DNA from: Deltaproteobacteria bacterium
GTDB lineage: Bacteria > Myxococcota > Kuafuiibacteriia > Kuafuiibacteriales > Kuafuiibacteriaceae
Length of the DNA: 64,000 bases
Assembly (NCBI GenBank): GCA_040218735.1
Contig: JAVJQW010000023.1
Span: forward strand, 384,001 to 448,000
Direction of reading: 5' to 3'
Part shown: piece after piece, positions 16,432-26,043 of the stretch
Position numbering within the stretch: position 1 is the stretch's first letter
Layout of the letters: each line of letters opens with the position of its first letter
The notes under the pieces: generated by a model
The model's input: only the letters and a program-made list of their open reading frames with translations
Told to the model about the DNA's origin: nothing
The model's database searches: none
Position numbers and translations under genes: made by a program

Positions 16432-18318
16432 TTAATCGAAGATGCCGTGCACGAACACCGCCCCGGTCGGCTCGGCGTACAGCCACAGCCGACGCCCGTC
16501 CGCGATCTCCGCGACCCAGTAGTCCCGGGCGATCGGCTCCTGCGTCCACCACTCCGCTTCGAGGCGCTCTGTCGCGCCGAGGTGCACGACCGGATACCGA
16601 CGACCGCGCCAGCGGATCACGCCGTCCTCCGTCTTGCTCTCGCGCGACAGCTCGATGCGCTCCGGCTTCGCGAGTAGCTCCAGCGGCCGCGGCGGCAACG
16701 GCGGCAGCGGCTCGTCCTCCGGCTTGCGCTGGATCGGCTTCGGCCAGGCGGGCTTTGCGTCGAGCGTGGTCTCGCTCTCGTCGATCGTGTCGGGGATCGA
16801 CGTCACCGCGAGCCCCGCGTCGACGGACGGCAGATGCTCACGCGCGCCCCCCTGCTCCGCGAGCGGCGCGACGAGCTGCGGCCCCTCCCGCACCACCGGC
16901 TTCTCCTGCGGCGGCTCTTCGAGCGCGACCTCGATGTCGAACGGCAGCGTCTTCCACGCGGCCTCCGGGCGGTGAGTATCGGCGATCGTCGGCGAGAAGA
17001 TCGCGCCCTCCCCCAGCGCCGCCTGCAGACGCCCGACGAGCTCACTCACCTCTTCGAGCCGCTGCTGATGGTTGCGGAACAGATCGAGCTGCGCGCCGTG
17101 ATCGGTTTCGGCGGTCGCCGCCTCGACGGTCACCGCCAGCACCGCGCCCGGCAACGAGGCCCCCATCCGCTCCCGCGCGAGCGCCAGCATCGTCGACGCC
17201 CGGCGCGTCGCGCGCGCGAACTTCAGCTCGACGGTCTCGGTGTGTTTCGAGCTGCGCTTGCGGTGCGCGTCGTTCTCGATGCGCGAGAACATCGGCGGCT
17301 CGACGAGGAAGTGGACGAGCAGCGAACGCACCGCGCGCGCGCGCGCCGAGAGCCGATCCTCCAGCCGCCCGAACAACCGCTTCAGCACGAACAGGATCGG
17401 TTCGAGGTCCTCGGTCACCGCGTTCAGCTCGAACGTCTCCACGGTGCGCTCCGGCGGGTGATACGCCCGCAGCGGACGCGCACCCTCCGCACGCGCGCGC
17501 CGCGACATCTGCGCGCCCGCCTCCCCGAACCGACTGCTCACCTGCGACGCCGGCAACCCGACGAAGCGCCCGACGTCCTTCACCCCCAGCAACGCGAGCG
17601 ACGATACCGCCCCGCGCATGTGTTGCTGCAGGACGCCGTCGGGATCGACGCGGCGGTCCGTCCAGGTGATCGCTTCGAGCGGGAGCTTCGCGAGCTGCGA
17701 CGGCGCGTCATCGACGACCGCGACACGCGGCGCCTCGACGATCGCCTTGTGTTTCTTCTGCGGAGGTTTGCGTCCCGAGCGTCGGCGCAACCTAGGTTGC
17801 GAAGGCGGCGGCGCGTAACGAAGACGCGACAGGTGCTCGGCGAACGTACGCGCGGTGTCCGGGTCCTTCGCGATGGCGACCGTCACGCGGTGGCCCGCGC
17901 GCTCCATGAGCTTCTCGATCGACTCGGCGATGAAGCGGTCGGTCAGCTCCTCCGGACGACGCTTCAGCTTCTTCGCGATCGCCCGCCGGCTCCGCCCGAT
18001 CTCCACGAACAACAGATCGGGCGGCGCGATCTCGACCTCCGGTCCGTAGGCGAAGAGGAGCTGGGCCGCGTGGTCCAGGCGCGACTGCTCGAGGCTGATG
18101 TCCCGCGACTCGACCCACAGGTCCAAGTCCCGCGCCTTGCCCTCGCTCTCCTTCATGCCGGGGCGAATGCCGCGGCGCCGCGCCTCGTCGGAGACACTCA
18201 CGAGCACCCGCTGCCCGCGAACCTCCTCCCGCACCGCGACGGGCCGCTCGCGATCCTCGAAGAGGCTCTCGACCGGGAGCGACGACAGGTGCACGGCAGC
18301 GACGCGTCGGCTCGACAT
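16432..18318 (-). CDS. imuB: ImuB, catalytically inactive Y-family polymerase homologue
   Basis: Y-family-like N-terminus lacking the catalytic Asp (VAAVHLSSLP), ARRRGIRPGM, QLDLF clamp motif, and ImuB C-terminus ERLEAEWW...RDYWVAE...RRLWLY...VHGIFD. Confidence 0.92.
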   Translation of the reverse strand: MSSRRVAAVHLSSLPVESLFEDRERPVAVREEVRGQRVLVSVSDEARRRGIRPGMKESEGKARDLDLWVESRDISLEQSRLDHAAQLLFAYGPEVEIAPPDLLFVEIGRSRRAIAKKLKRRPEELTDRFIAESIEKLMERAGHRVTVAIAKDPDTARTFAEHLSRLRYAPPPSQPRLRRRSGRKPPQKKHKAIVEAPRVAVVDDAPSQLAKLPLEAITWTDRRVDPDGVLQQHMRGAVSSLALLGVKDVGRFVGLPASQVSSRFGEAGAQMSRRARAEGARPLRAYHPPERTVETFELNAVTEDLEPILFVLKRLFGRLEDRLSARARAVRSLLVHFLVEPPMFSRIENDAHRKRSSKHTETVELKFARATRRASTMLALARERMGASLPGAVLAVTVEAATAETDHGAQLDLFRNHQQRLEEVSELVGRLQAALGEGAIFSPTIADTHRPEAAWKTLPFDIEVALEEPPQEKPVVREGPQLVAPLAEQGGAREHLPSVDAGLAVTSIPDTIDESETTLDAKPAWPKPIQRKPEDEPLPPLPPRPLELLAKPERIELSRESKTEDGVIRWRGRRYPVVHLGATERLEAEWWTQEPIARDYWVAEIADGRRLWLYAEPTGAVFVHGIFD

Positions 18319-18331
18319 CACAGGTGTTCAG
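18316..18331 (-). promoter_or_regulatory. LexA-like box overlapping the imuB start
   Basis: Minus strand CTGAAC-ACCT-GTGATG has a perfect CTGAAC half-site. A weaker CTGACC-GACG-GTCGCT lies at 18359-18374. Confidence 0.5.
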
Positions 18332-18437
18332 TATCCGAGATCCGTGCGCGCGATCGCAAGCGACCGTCGGTCAGTCCAACGGACGCGTAACCGCCCGGAC
18401 TGCAAAGGGCAAAGTCCAGAGTGCTACTACAGACAGT

Positions 18438-21400
18438 GTGCCCACCCCGCGTACGTTTCTGCTCACCGCTACCCTGACGAGCCTCGCCGTCGCCGCCTGG
18501 GCCGACGGCACTCGGCCGGACCGCCCCGCGTGGGAGCGCCCGAAGAACGGCGTCCGCCTCGCGGCCCGCGACGTGTTCCTCGACCGCGGCAAACCCGTCC
18601 CCGACGTGGGCGCCGCGTTCTACGTGTTCGCGGAGCGCGCGCTCACCCGCGCGGACGTCGCCGCCGCGAAGCAAGTTGGCTTGCGCTACCTCGGCACCGT
18701 CACGGCGTACGTCTACGTCTTCCAGCGCGCCGCCGCGCACGCCGACGCCGACGCCTACCTCGAAGCGTCGTGGATCCGCGGCACCGCGAAGGCGCTACCG
18801 ATCGATCGTGTCGACGAAGAAGTGCTCCCCTACTTCGCGAAGGACGAGCCGCTCCCCCACCCGCTCGTCGTCGCCGCGTGGAGCGAGACCACCGCCGGTG
18901 AGATCGCCGCGCTGATCCCCGGCGCGGAAGAGCTGCGCCGCCTCCCCACCGATCCGAACGAAGCCATCCGCGAGGAGTGCCACTTCCACGTCGCCGACCG
19001 CGATCTACTGAAACGACTCGCCACCTCCCCCTTCGTCGCGTCCATCGGGTTCGACTGGCCGAACAAGTCCCACAACACCGCGTCGCGCCGCATCTCCCAC
19101 GCCGACGCGCTCGTGAACGCGCCCTACAACCTCGACGGCACCGGCGTCGTCGTCGGGCACTGGGACGGCGGCAGCGTGTCGAGCTCGCACCAGGACTTCG
19201 GCGGGCGCGTCACCAACTACGAGAGCCGCGGCGTCTCCTCTCACGCCACCCACACCGCCGGGACGATCCTCGGCTCCGGCGCCGGCGACCGCGACGCGCA
19301 GGGCTTCGCGCCCGGTGCCACCATGGTCGCCTACGACTTCTACGGCGACGCCGCCGCCGAGCGCCGCGAAGCAAAACACGACCACTACCACGAACACGAC
19401 AACCACTCGTGGGGCTCGACCTCGACCAACTTCGGCTCGTACGCCGGCTCCGCGCAGGAGTGGGACCTCGACTCGCGCGACCTCTTCCTCCTCGGCATGA
19501 AGGCGGCCGGCAACGAAGGGCGCAGCAGCCAGGTCAACGACAACAACTACGGCTTCGACTCGCTCCCGCCCGACTCCACCGCGAAGAACCTCCTCGTCGT
19601 GGGCGCGACCGACGACGACGGCGACCTCACGAGCTTCTCCAGCCGCGGACCGACCAACGACGGCCGCATCAAACCCGACATCTCCGCGAACGGTCAGAAC
19701 CTCTACTCGGTGATGCCGTCGGGTCGCTACGGATCGATGAGCGGCACGTCGATGTCGACGCCGTCCGTCACCGGCATGGTCACGCTCCTCGCCGAGCTCT
19801 ACAAACGTGAGTTCGCCGGCGAGCGCCTCACGCCCGACCTCGTCCGCGTCATCATGATCCACACCGTCACCGACGTGTTCCACCGCGGACCCGACTACCG
19901 CCACGGCTGGGGCAACGCCGACGCGCAAGCCGCCGCCAACCTGATCCTCGCCGACGCGGCCGCCCCCGGCACTCGCCTCGTCCGCGCCGCGGTCCGCGAC
20001 GGCGAGACCTACGAGTACGAGATGGACGTGACGCCCGGCAGCAACGAGGTCCGCGTGACGCTCTCCTGGCTCGACGCCTACGCGAACAGCACCGCGCAGC
20101 GCCGCCTGATCAACGACCTCGACCTCGAGCTGATCTCCCCGAGCGGACAGACCTACTACCCGTGGACGCTCGACGCCGCGAACCCGTTCGACGACGCGGT
20201 CCAGAACCAGCGCAACGACCTCGACAACGTCGAGCAGGTGCTCGTCGAGTCGCCCGAGGACGGCGTGTGGACCGTGCGCATCGCGGGCACGAACATCCCG
20301 GACCCGAGCTTCGACATCCAGGGCTTCACGCTCGCGACGAGTCACTCCGTCGCGCGCACGTTCGAGAAGGTCCGCCCCGACCTCGGACCGAACGGCGCCG
20401 CGATCCCGGACAACGACACCAGCGGCCTGGTCGTCGACCTCGACGTGCAGGACGCGCGCGACGTGAAGTCCCTCCGCGTGCGCGTCGAGATTCGCCACCC
20501 GGCGCGCGGCAACCTCGAGATCAACCTCGTGCACCCCGACGGCACGCGCTCCAACCTGGAGAAGGCCGACACCTCCACGCGCCGCGACATCTTCGCGATC
20601 TACCCCGACACCCGCAGCTACGACGAAGACGTCACGATGTTCTACGGCCGCTCCGGCCAAGGCACCTGGAAGCTCGAGGTCATCGACGGCAACGCGGGCC
20701 AGACCGGATCCCTCGTCGATGTCTCCCTCGAGCTCGACCTCGAAGGTCCGCCGCCTCCGCCGCCGAACGTCCCGCCCACGGCCGACGCGGGTGACGACCA
20801 GACCGTCAACGCCGGCGACCCCGTCGCGCTCGACGGCAGCGGCAGCAACGACGCCGACGGCGACACGCTCGTGTACCTGTGGCAGCAGCAGTCGGGCGTC
20901 GCGGTGTCACTTGGGGACGCTTCGACCGTCGCGCCGTCGTTCACCGCGCCGAGTGTGAAGGAGACGACGACGCTGGTGTTCCGTTTGAACGTCGACGACG
21001 GGAACGGCGGAATGGCGTCCGACGACGTCGCGATCACGATCATCGGCGAGAAGCCGGAGGGCTCGAACCGCGCGCCCATCGCACGCGTGGCGGACGACTT
21101 CACGGTGGGCCCGGGGTTCGAGGTCGGCCTCGACGCAACGCAGTCCGAGGATCCGGACGGCGACCCGATCACGTTCAACTGGACCCAGACGGCGGGCGCC
21201 GACGTGGAGATCCTGCGCGCCTCGGAGGCCTACGCTTCGTTCGTCTCACCGAACGTCGACGAAGCCACGACGCTCACCTTCCAGGTCGAGGTCACCGACG
21301 ACAGCGGCGAAGTCGACCTCGCGACGATCAACGTCACCGTCGAACCCGGCGCCCCGCCGCCGCCGATGGTGCGCGTGCCGCTCGAAGGGCTCGTGGGCGG

Positions 21401-21482
21401 GAGCTGCCGCTGCGTCGAACGTGGTGGGTCGCCGTGGTGGCTACTGTTCGGGCTGGTGCTCTTCCTGCGCCGTCGCTCATAG
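18438..21482 (+). CDS. Secreted S8 (subtilisin-like) serine protease with P-domain, PKD/Ig-like domains and MYXO-CTERM-like tail
   Basis: Catalytic triad GHWDGG / HATHTAGTI / GTSMSTP. IPDND...GTWKLEV P-domain. PTADAGDDQ PKD repeats. GGSCRC...WWLLFGLVLFLRRR tail. Confidence 0.93.
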   Translation: MPTPRTFLLTATLTSLAVAAWADGTRPDRPAWERPKNGVRLAARDVFLDRGKPVPDVGAAFYVFAERALTRADVAAAKQVGLRYLGTVTAYVYVFQRAAAHADADAYLEASWIRGTAKALPIDRVDEEVLPYFAKDEPLPHPLVVAAWSETTAGEIAALIPGAEELRRLPTDPNEAIREECHFHVADRDLLKRLATSPFVASIGFDWPNKSHNTASRRISHADALVNAPYNLDGTGVVVGHWDGGSVSSSHQDFGGRVTNYESRGVSSHATHTAGTILGSGAGDRDAQGFAPGATMVAYDFYGDAAAERREAKHDHYHEHDNHSWGSTSTNFGSYAGSAQEWDLDSRDLFLLGMKAAGNEGRSSQVNDNNYGFDSLPPDSTAKNLLVVGATDDDGDLTSFSSRGPTNDGRIKPDISANGQNLYSVMPSGRYGSMSGTSMSTPSVTGMVTLLAELYKREFAGERLTPDLVRVIMIHTVTDVFHRGPDYRHGWGNADAQAAANLILADAAAPGTRLVRAAVRDGETYEYEMDVTPGSNEVRVTLSWLDAYANSTAQRRLINDLDLELISPSGQTYYPWTLDAANPFDDAVQNQRNDLDNVEQVLVESPEDGVWTVRIAGTNIPDPSFDIQGFTLATSHSVARTFEKVRPDLGPNGAAIPDNDTSGLVVDLDVQDARDVKSLRVRVEIRHPARGNLEINLVHPDGTRSNLEKADTSTRRDIFAIYPDTRSYDEDVTMFYGRSGQGTWKLEVIDGNAGQTGSLVDVSLELDLEGPPPPPPNVPPTADAGDDQTVNAGDPVALDGSGSNDADGDTLVYLWQQQSGVAVSLGDASTVAPSFTAPSVKETTTLVFRLNVDDGNGGMASDDVAITIIGEKPEGSNRAPIARVADDFTVGPGFEVGLDATQSEDPDGDPITFNWTQTAGADVEILRASEAYASFVSPNVDEATTLTFQVEVTDDSGEVDLATINVTVEPGAPPPPMVRVPLEGLVGGSCRCVERGGSPWWLLFGLVLFLRRRS

Positions 21483-22532
21483 CCGCATCAGCGCGGCGCC
21501 CCAGTGCAGGCCCGAGCCGAGCGCGAGGAAACATACGAGCTGCCCAGGCTTCGCGCGGCCGTCTCGGTACATCTCGTCCACGAGGATCGGGATCGTCGCG
21601 CCGGACGTGTTGCCGTACTTCGCAATGTTCGACGGGACGCGCTCGGGGTCGACGCCGAGCGACTGCACGACGACGCGGTTGATGCGGTCGTTGGCTTGGT
21701 GCGCGACGAACCAGTCCACGTCGTCGAGCGCGACGTCGTTGCGTTCGCACAGCGAGCGCACCACCTCGGGCAGTCGCGTGACCGCGCACTTGAAGAGGTC
21801 GCGCCCCTCCATGCTCGGGATGTGTTCCTCGTTGGTGATCTGCTCGGGTGTTACGTACGGCCGGCGCCGAAAGCCCGAGCCCTCGATGAAGATGTGCTCG
21901 GCGTCGTCGCCGTCGGTGTGGACCTCGACGTCGATCAGCCCGCGCTCCGCGGTTTCCGAAGCGCGCACGACCATCGCGCCTGCGCCGTCACCGAAGAGCA
22001 CGGCGAGCGCGCGGTGTCGCGTCGCGCGCTGGTAGTCCTCGGACGCCACCTTCACTTCGGGGTCCAACAGCGCTTCCCACTTCTGCCAGGGCATGAACCC
22101 GGCGTGCGCTTCGGCGCCGACGATCAGGACGTTCTTCGCGGCACGCGACGCGACCAACCCGTTCGCGACCTGCAACGCAAACGGCATCGCGCAGCACTGC
22201 TGCCGGATGTCGAGCGCCGGCACGCCGCGGATACCGAGCTTCGCGCCGAGCAGTCCGCCGGATCCTGGGAACAGGAAGTCCGGCGTCATCGTGCAGAACA
22301 GGATGTAGTCGATGTCCTTCGTCGTCAGGCCGGCCGCCTCGATCGCGCGCTGCGCCGCGGGCACGGCGATGTCACTCGCGCCCATCCCGTCCTCGGCGAA
22401 GTGCCGCTGCTCGATCCCCGTGCGCCGCCGGATCCACTCGTCGCTGGTGTCCATCACCCGCGCGAGCATCTCGTTCGTCACCGGCGCCCCGGGCGCGTGC
22501 CGCCCCGTCCCGACGATCGTGATTCCACCCAT
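21477..22532 (-). CDS. fabH: 3-oxoacyl-ACP synthase III
   Basis: DTSDEWIRRRTGI, catalytic Cys in QQCC, LFGDGAGA, HQANDRI, YGNTSGA. Confidence 0.93.
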   Translation of the reverse strand: MGGITIVGTGRHAPGAPVTNEMLARVMDTSDEWIRRRTGIEQRHFAEDGMGASDIAVPAAQRAIEAAGLTTKDIDYILFCTMTPDFLFPGSGGLLGAKLGIRGVPALDIRQQCCAMPFALQVANGLVASRAAKNVLIVGAEAHAGFMPWQKWEALLDPEVKVASEDYQRATRHRALAVLFGDGAGAMVVRASETAERGLIDVEVHTDGDDAEHIFIEGSGFRRRPYVTPEQITNEEHIPSMEGRDLFKCAVTRLPEVVRSLCERNDVALDDVDWFVAHQANDRINRVVVQSLGVDPERVPSNIAKYGNTSGATIPILVDEMYRDGRAKPGQLVCFLALGSGLHWGAALMRL

Positions 22533-22629
22533 GCCCGCGCGAGCCTAGCCCGCGGCACGTCAGCGCCTTGTCACGGTTCTGCGAGGAACTGCTGACGGAT
22601 TCCAACCGAACCGTCAGATGGTCGGGACT

Positions 22630-23583
22630 CTACTCGTCGTCCGGCGTCACCATGCAAAGCCGCGCGCTGACCCGTTCGGGCTTTCCGCTCGGCGTGCACG
22701 GCCACGCGCTCTCGGCCATGACCTTCGCGACGCACTGCGCAATCCGGCGCGCCGTCACGTCGTCTGGCGCGATCCGAGGCCCGACCTCGATCGCACCCGC
22801 GTGGCCATCCGGTGCGATCGTCCAACGCAGATCCAGGCTGGCGACGTCCGCACCCAACCGGCACTTCCCGAGCGGCTCCCGCAGGTCACGGAGCGTCGAC
22901 CGAATGCGGAGCTGCGCGTCGTACGCTTCGTAGCCCGAGACCCGGAGGGCGTAACTCCTGGTCATCAAGCCCGACAGGGCGAGCCCCGGCTCGAGCACAC
23001 GCGCCGCTTCGACCCAGGTGGCGTAGTCGTCGGCGTTGCCTTCGATCTTGGCGGCGAGCGCGGCGGGCAGATCGGTGCGGTCGTCCGAACCGACGCGGTC
23101 GAAGTGAACCATGAGGCTGCACGCCTCCTGAATCAGCTCCCCATCCTCCTCTCGATAGCGGCACATCGACGAGATCGTCCCCGTCACCAGGTTCGGGTGG
23201 CGATCCGCGAGCAGACTCACGACGGGTCGCGCCTGCGCGCAGGCGGGGCCACCCGGCTTCCACCGGTGCTCGGCGTGGAGCTGCTCCGCCCCCGCGACCT
23301 CCGCCGCGGAGATCAGCCGGAGCTCGACGTCACGCGCTACGCGTTCGCGAACCGCCGCGAGCACCGCGGCCTTGCCGTCGGCGGACAGCTTGTTCCCGCG
23401 AAAGAACCCCAGCGCGATCACCTGCGGCCGCGAGATGTCGGGCGGCGGGGGATCGGGCTGCTCGACCACCGGCCCATCGCGACACTCCTCGGCGATCGAC
23501 ACGGTTTCGGGCGCGGGTGCCTTCGCCGGCGCTGCGGCACACGCGGCGACGAACACGAACGGTGCGACTCGAAGCCCCCTCAT
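22630..23583 (-). CDS. Cys-rich lipoprotein with TonB-C/AgmX-like C-terminal domain
   Basis: Lipobox VAA-C. C-terminal LRWTIAPDG...AQCVAKVM...WP pattern. Confidence 0.6.
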   Translation of the reverse strand: MRGLRVAPFVFVAACAAAPAKAPAPETVSIAEECRDGPVVEQPDPPPPDISRPQVIALGFFRGNKLSADGKAAVLAAVRERVARDVELRLISAAEVAGAEQLHAEHRWKPGGPACAQARPVVSLLADRHPNLVTGTISSMCRYREEDGELIQEACSLMVHFDRVGSDDRTDLPAALAAKIEGNADDYATWVEAARVLEPGLALSGLMTRSYALRVSGYEAYDAQLRIRSTLRDLREPLGKCRLGADVASLDLRWTIAPDGHAGAIEVGPRIAPDDVTARRIAQCVAKVMAESAWPCTPSGKPERVSARLCMVTPDDE

Positions 23584-23673
23584 GTCCCGCCTCCTCGCAC
23601 AGCCGCGCTCAAAGGTCGAACGCGAGGACCTCTCGCCTTGTCCCCCGCTTCACCATCGACTACCGGGTACGAC

Positions 23674-24189
23674 GTGTCGCGCGCCGCTCCGCTCCTCCTC
23701 CTCTTGGTCTGCGCGTGTGTCGCGCGCCCCAACCGTACCGAGCCCAAGTGGGCCATGACCCCGGCGACGCGCGCGGAAACGACCGTCAAGATGCACGACA
23801 TCACCGTCCCCGAGACGGGCGTCGAGTGCGGCAAGCGCGAGCTGCTCCGGGTGCGCAACTTCAACGCGACCGTGGAACGCGAGCTGTGGGAGTCGGGCTT
23901 CGAGATCCTGAAGGCGGAGGACGACCCGGTCGACGGACACCACGTCGATGCACACGTCGAGATCGCGAAGCTCGACTGTCGCGACGCGCTGCGCGGCGAT
24001 CTCACGCTGACCATCGAGCGCGACCGAACGGAGCTCGCCAAGGCGCACCGCGAGGGCGTGATCTTCTCGAACTTCCGCGTCGCCGCGAATCAGCTGGTGG
24101 ACGACATCCTGATGTCCGAGTCGTTCGTCGCAAAGCTGACGTCCCCGGTCGCGACGTCGTCGACGAGCACCGTCACCCCCGGCGGCTGA
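23674..24189 (+). CDS. Hypothetical lipoprotein
   Basis: GTG start and signal RAAPLLLLLVCA-C. Globular alpha/beta sequence, divergent from the 22630-23583 gene. Confidence 0.65.
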   Translation: MSRAAPLLLLLVCACVARPNRTEPKWAMTPATRAETTVKMHDITVPETGVECGKRELLRVRNFNATVERELWESGFEILKAEDDPVDGHHVDAHVEIAKLDCRDALRGDLTLTIERDRTELAKAHREGVIFSNFRVAANQLVDDILMSESFVAKLTSPVATSSTSTVTPGG

Positions 24190-25036
24190 GCCCGCGCGGA
24201 TCGATCTCGAGGTCCACGAGCTTCATCCCCGTCTCCTCGGCGACACGCGCACCGACGTCCGGGTCCTCCGCGAACACCACCACCACGTCGCCGCCGCCGG
24301 CGCCGCTCGGCTTTGCGGCGCCGCCGTGCTGGGAGGCGATACGGATCGCGGCGTCGATCTCGTCGGTGACGATCGGCGTCCCGGCGTCCCGGCCTAGTCC
24401 GCCCATCGCCCGCCCGTACCGGTCGACGATCGAGAGGAAGCGCCGCACCTCGCCGCGGCTCCACGCATCGATCCCCTGCTCGGCCAACGGCACGAGCACG
24501 TTCATCCAGTGCGACCACTTCGACGAGGCCTGGGCCTTCGCGACCATCTCGGAGGTGTTCGCGCTCTGGTTCGCAAAGAGCACCGACAGCGTCAGCCCGG
24601 GCAGGCGCGACGGTAGCGGCTGCACGGTCCCGGGCTGACGGTCCGCCGCGATCACCCCACCGAAGTAGCTCGACGCGACGTCGATCCCGCTGCCTCCGCC
24701 GTTCGCCGCGCGGTGGGCCGACACCGCGAGCTGCAGGACATCCTCGGCGCCGGAGTCCAACACGAGCGCCGCCGTCGTCACGGCGACCGCCGCCGAGGAG
24801 CCGATGCCGAGCTTCTTCCCGTTCCACTGAAACGAAGACGTGTCGATCTTGATCGAACCGCGGACATCCCGTCCGCCCTCCTCGAGCACGGCGCGCACGA
24901 TCGGCGAAGCGTCGACGACCTCCTCCACCACGTCCCCGACCGCGCGGCGGTTCACGGCGCCGACCATCGCCATCGCGCCGTCGAGCACGGCGTAGTCGCC
25001 GAGCAGGACGAGCTTCCCGGGTGCGGAGACCGTCAA
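24173..25036 (-). CDS. mvaK2: Phosphomevalonate kinase (GHMP kinase)
   Basis: APGKLVLLGDYAVL, KLGIGSSAA, GSGIDVASSYFGG, KPSGAGGGD. TTG start overlaps the mvaD stop (TTGA). Confidence 0.8.
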   Translation of the reverse strand: MTVSAPGKLVLLGDYAVLDGAMAMVGAVNRRAVGDVVEEVVDASPIVRAVLEEGGRDVRGSIKIDTSSFQWNGKKLGIGSSAAVAVTTAALVLDSGAEDVLQLAVSAHRAANGGGSGIDVASSYFGGVIAADRQPGTVQPLPSRLPGLTLSVLFANQSANTSEMVAKAQASSKWSHWMNVLVPLAEQGIDAWSRGEVRRFLSIVDRYGRAMGGLGRDAGTPIVTDEIDAAIRIASQHGGAAKPSGAGGGDVVVVFAEDPDVGARVAEETGMKLVDLEIDPRGLSRRG

Positions 25037-25995
25037 GGCATCGCCTCGATCGAGTGCGCCCCTTCGCCGATCTTCGACACGAGCACGGTGGCCACCTCCG
25101 GGTGCTCGATCAGCGTCGCCGCCACGGTGTCCACGTGGTCGGGCGTCGTGAACGCGACGACGTGCGGCCCTGCGTCGATCGTGAAGAAGACCGGTGTCCC
25201 CTCCGCGCGCATCGTACGCACCTGGTCGATCGCCCACAACGTCGACGGCCCGAAGTAGATGATGCCGGGCCGCGCCGCCATCGCGTCGGCGTGCATCGCG
25301 AGGCAGTTGCCCTCCACGATCTCCGCGAGCCGCTCGATGTCCCCGGAGCGTGCAACCTCGATTGCGGCGCCTAGGTCTCGCTCCACCGTCGCGAGCCAAG
25401 CCTCGTGGTACGGGCTCGTGGTGCGCGTGCGCTCCATCCCCTCGGTGGAGCCGATCTTCTTCTCCCCGGCGTTGGCCACCGCAATCGCCGCGCACAGCTC
25501 GAGGTCGATCGCGACCGGCTCGGCCGCGGCGTCGTGGCCGTCCTCCGCGACCCCGGCGTTCATCTTCGCCCAACCGTCGAAGATGCTCCGCGCCGCGCTC
25601 CCCGAACCGCGCCGCGCGAGCACCGACAGCTCGGTCGGTGAAAGCGCCTTGTCGAACGCCTCCGCGGTCGCCACCGCGAGCGCCGCGAAGGCCGACGCGG
25701 AAGACGCGAGCCCCGCTGCGGTCGGGAACGTGTTCAGGCTCGTCACGCGCACCGCGCCGGTGTCGCGCACGAGATCCACGAACTTGGAGATCCGCGCGAG
25801 CGCCTTGCCGTCGACCTGGACCCCGTCGAGCACGAGTTCGTCCGTGTCGCCGTCGATGCGTTCGACCTGCGTGTACGTGCGGAGTCGGTCCAACGTGAGG
25901 GAGAGGCTACCGGCGGCGGGGAGGTTCAGCGCGGCGTCCCGCTTGCCCCAGTATTTGACGAGCGCGATGTTCGCGCAGGCGGTCGCGACGGCCAC
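25033..25995 (-). CDS. mvaD: Diphosphomevalonate decarboxylase
   Basis: NIALVKYWGKRD, FPTAAGLASSASAFAAL, RRGSGSAARS, TIDAGPH. Confidence 0.96.
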   Translation of the reverse strand: MAVATACANIALVKYWGKRDAALNLPAAGSLSLTLDRLRTYTQVERIDGDTDELVLDGVQVDGKALARISKFVDLVRDTGAVRVTSLNTFPTAAGLASSASAFAALAVATAEAFDKALSPTELSVLARRGSGSAARSIFDGWAKMNAGVAEDGHDAAAEPVAIDLELCAAIAVANAGEKKIGSTEGMERTRTTSPYHEAWLATVERDLGAAIEVARSGDIERLAEIVEGNCLAMHADAMAARPGIIYFGPSTLWAIDQVRTMRAEGTPVFFTIDAGPHVVAFTTPDHVDTVAATLIEHPEVATVLVSKIGEGAHSIEAMP

Positions 25996-26043
25996 GGGGT
26001 TCGGTTAGCGCCCGTGGCCGCCACGAGCAAGTGGCGCAAACGC

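Noticed and set aside
18318-18740. 140-aa minus-strand ORF upstream of imuB as a possible imuA
   Set aside because: It has no RecA/SulA-like features and is antisense to the S8 protease N-terminus.
22591-22617. Inverted repeat CTGACGG...CCGTCAG between the lipoprotein and fabH genes
   Set aside because: A single short hairpin without a U-tract. It cannot be distinguished from an ordinary terminator or chance.
24173-25995. Mevalonate pathway genes in a Gram-negative bacterium
   Set aside because: The mevalonate pathway is established for myxobacteria, so this is not novel.
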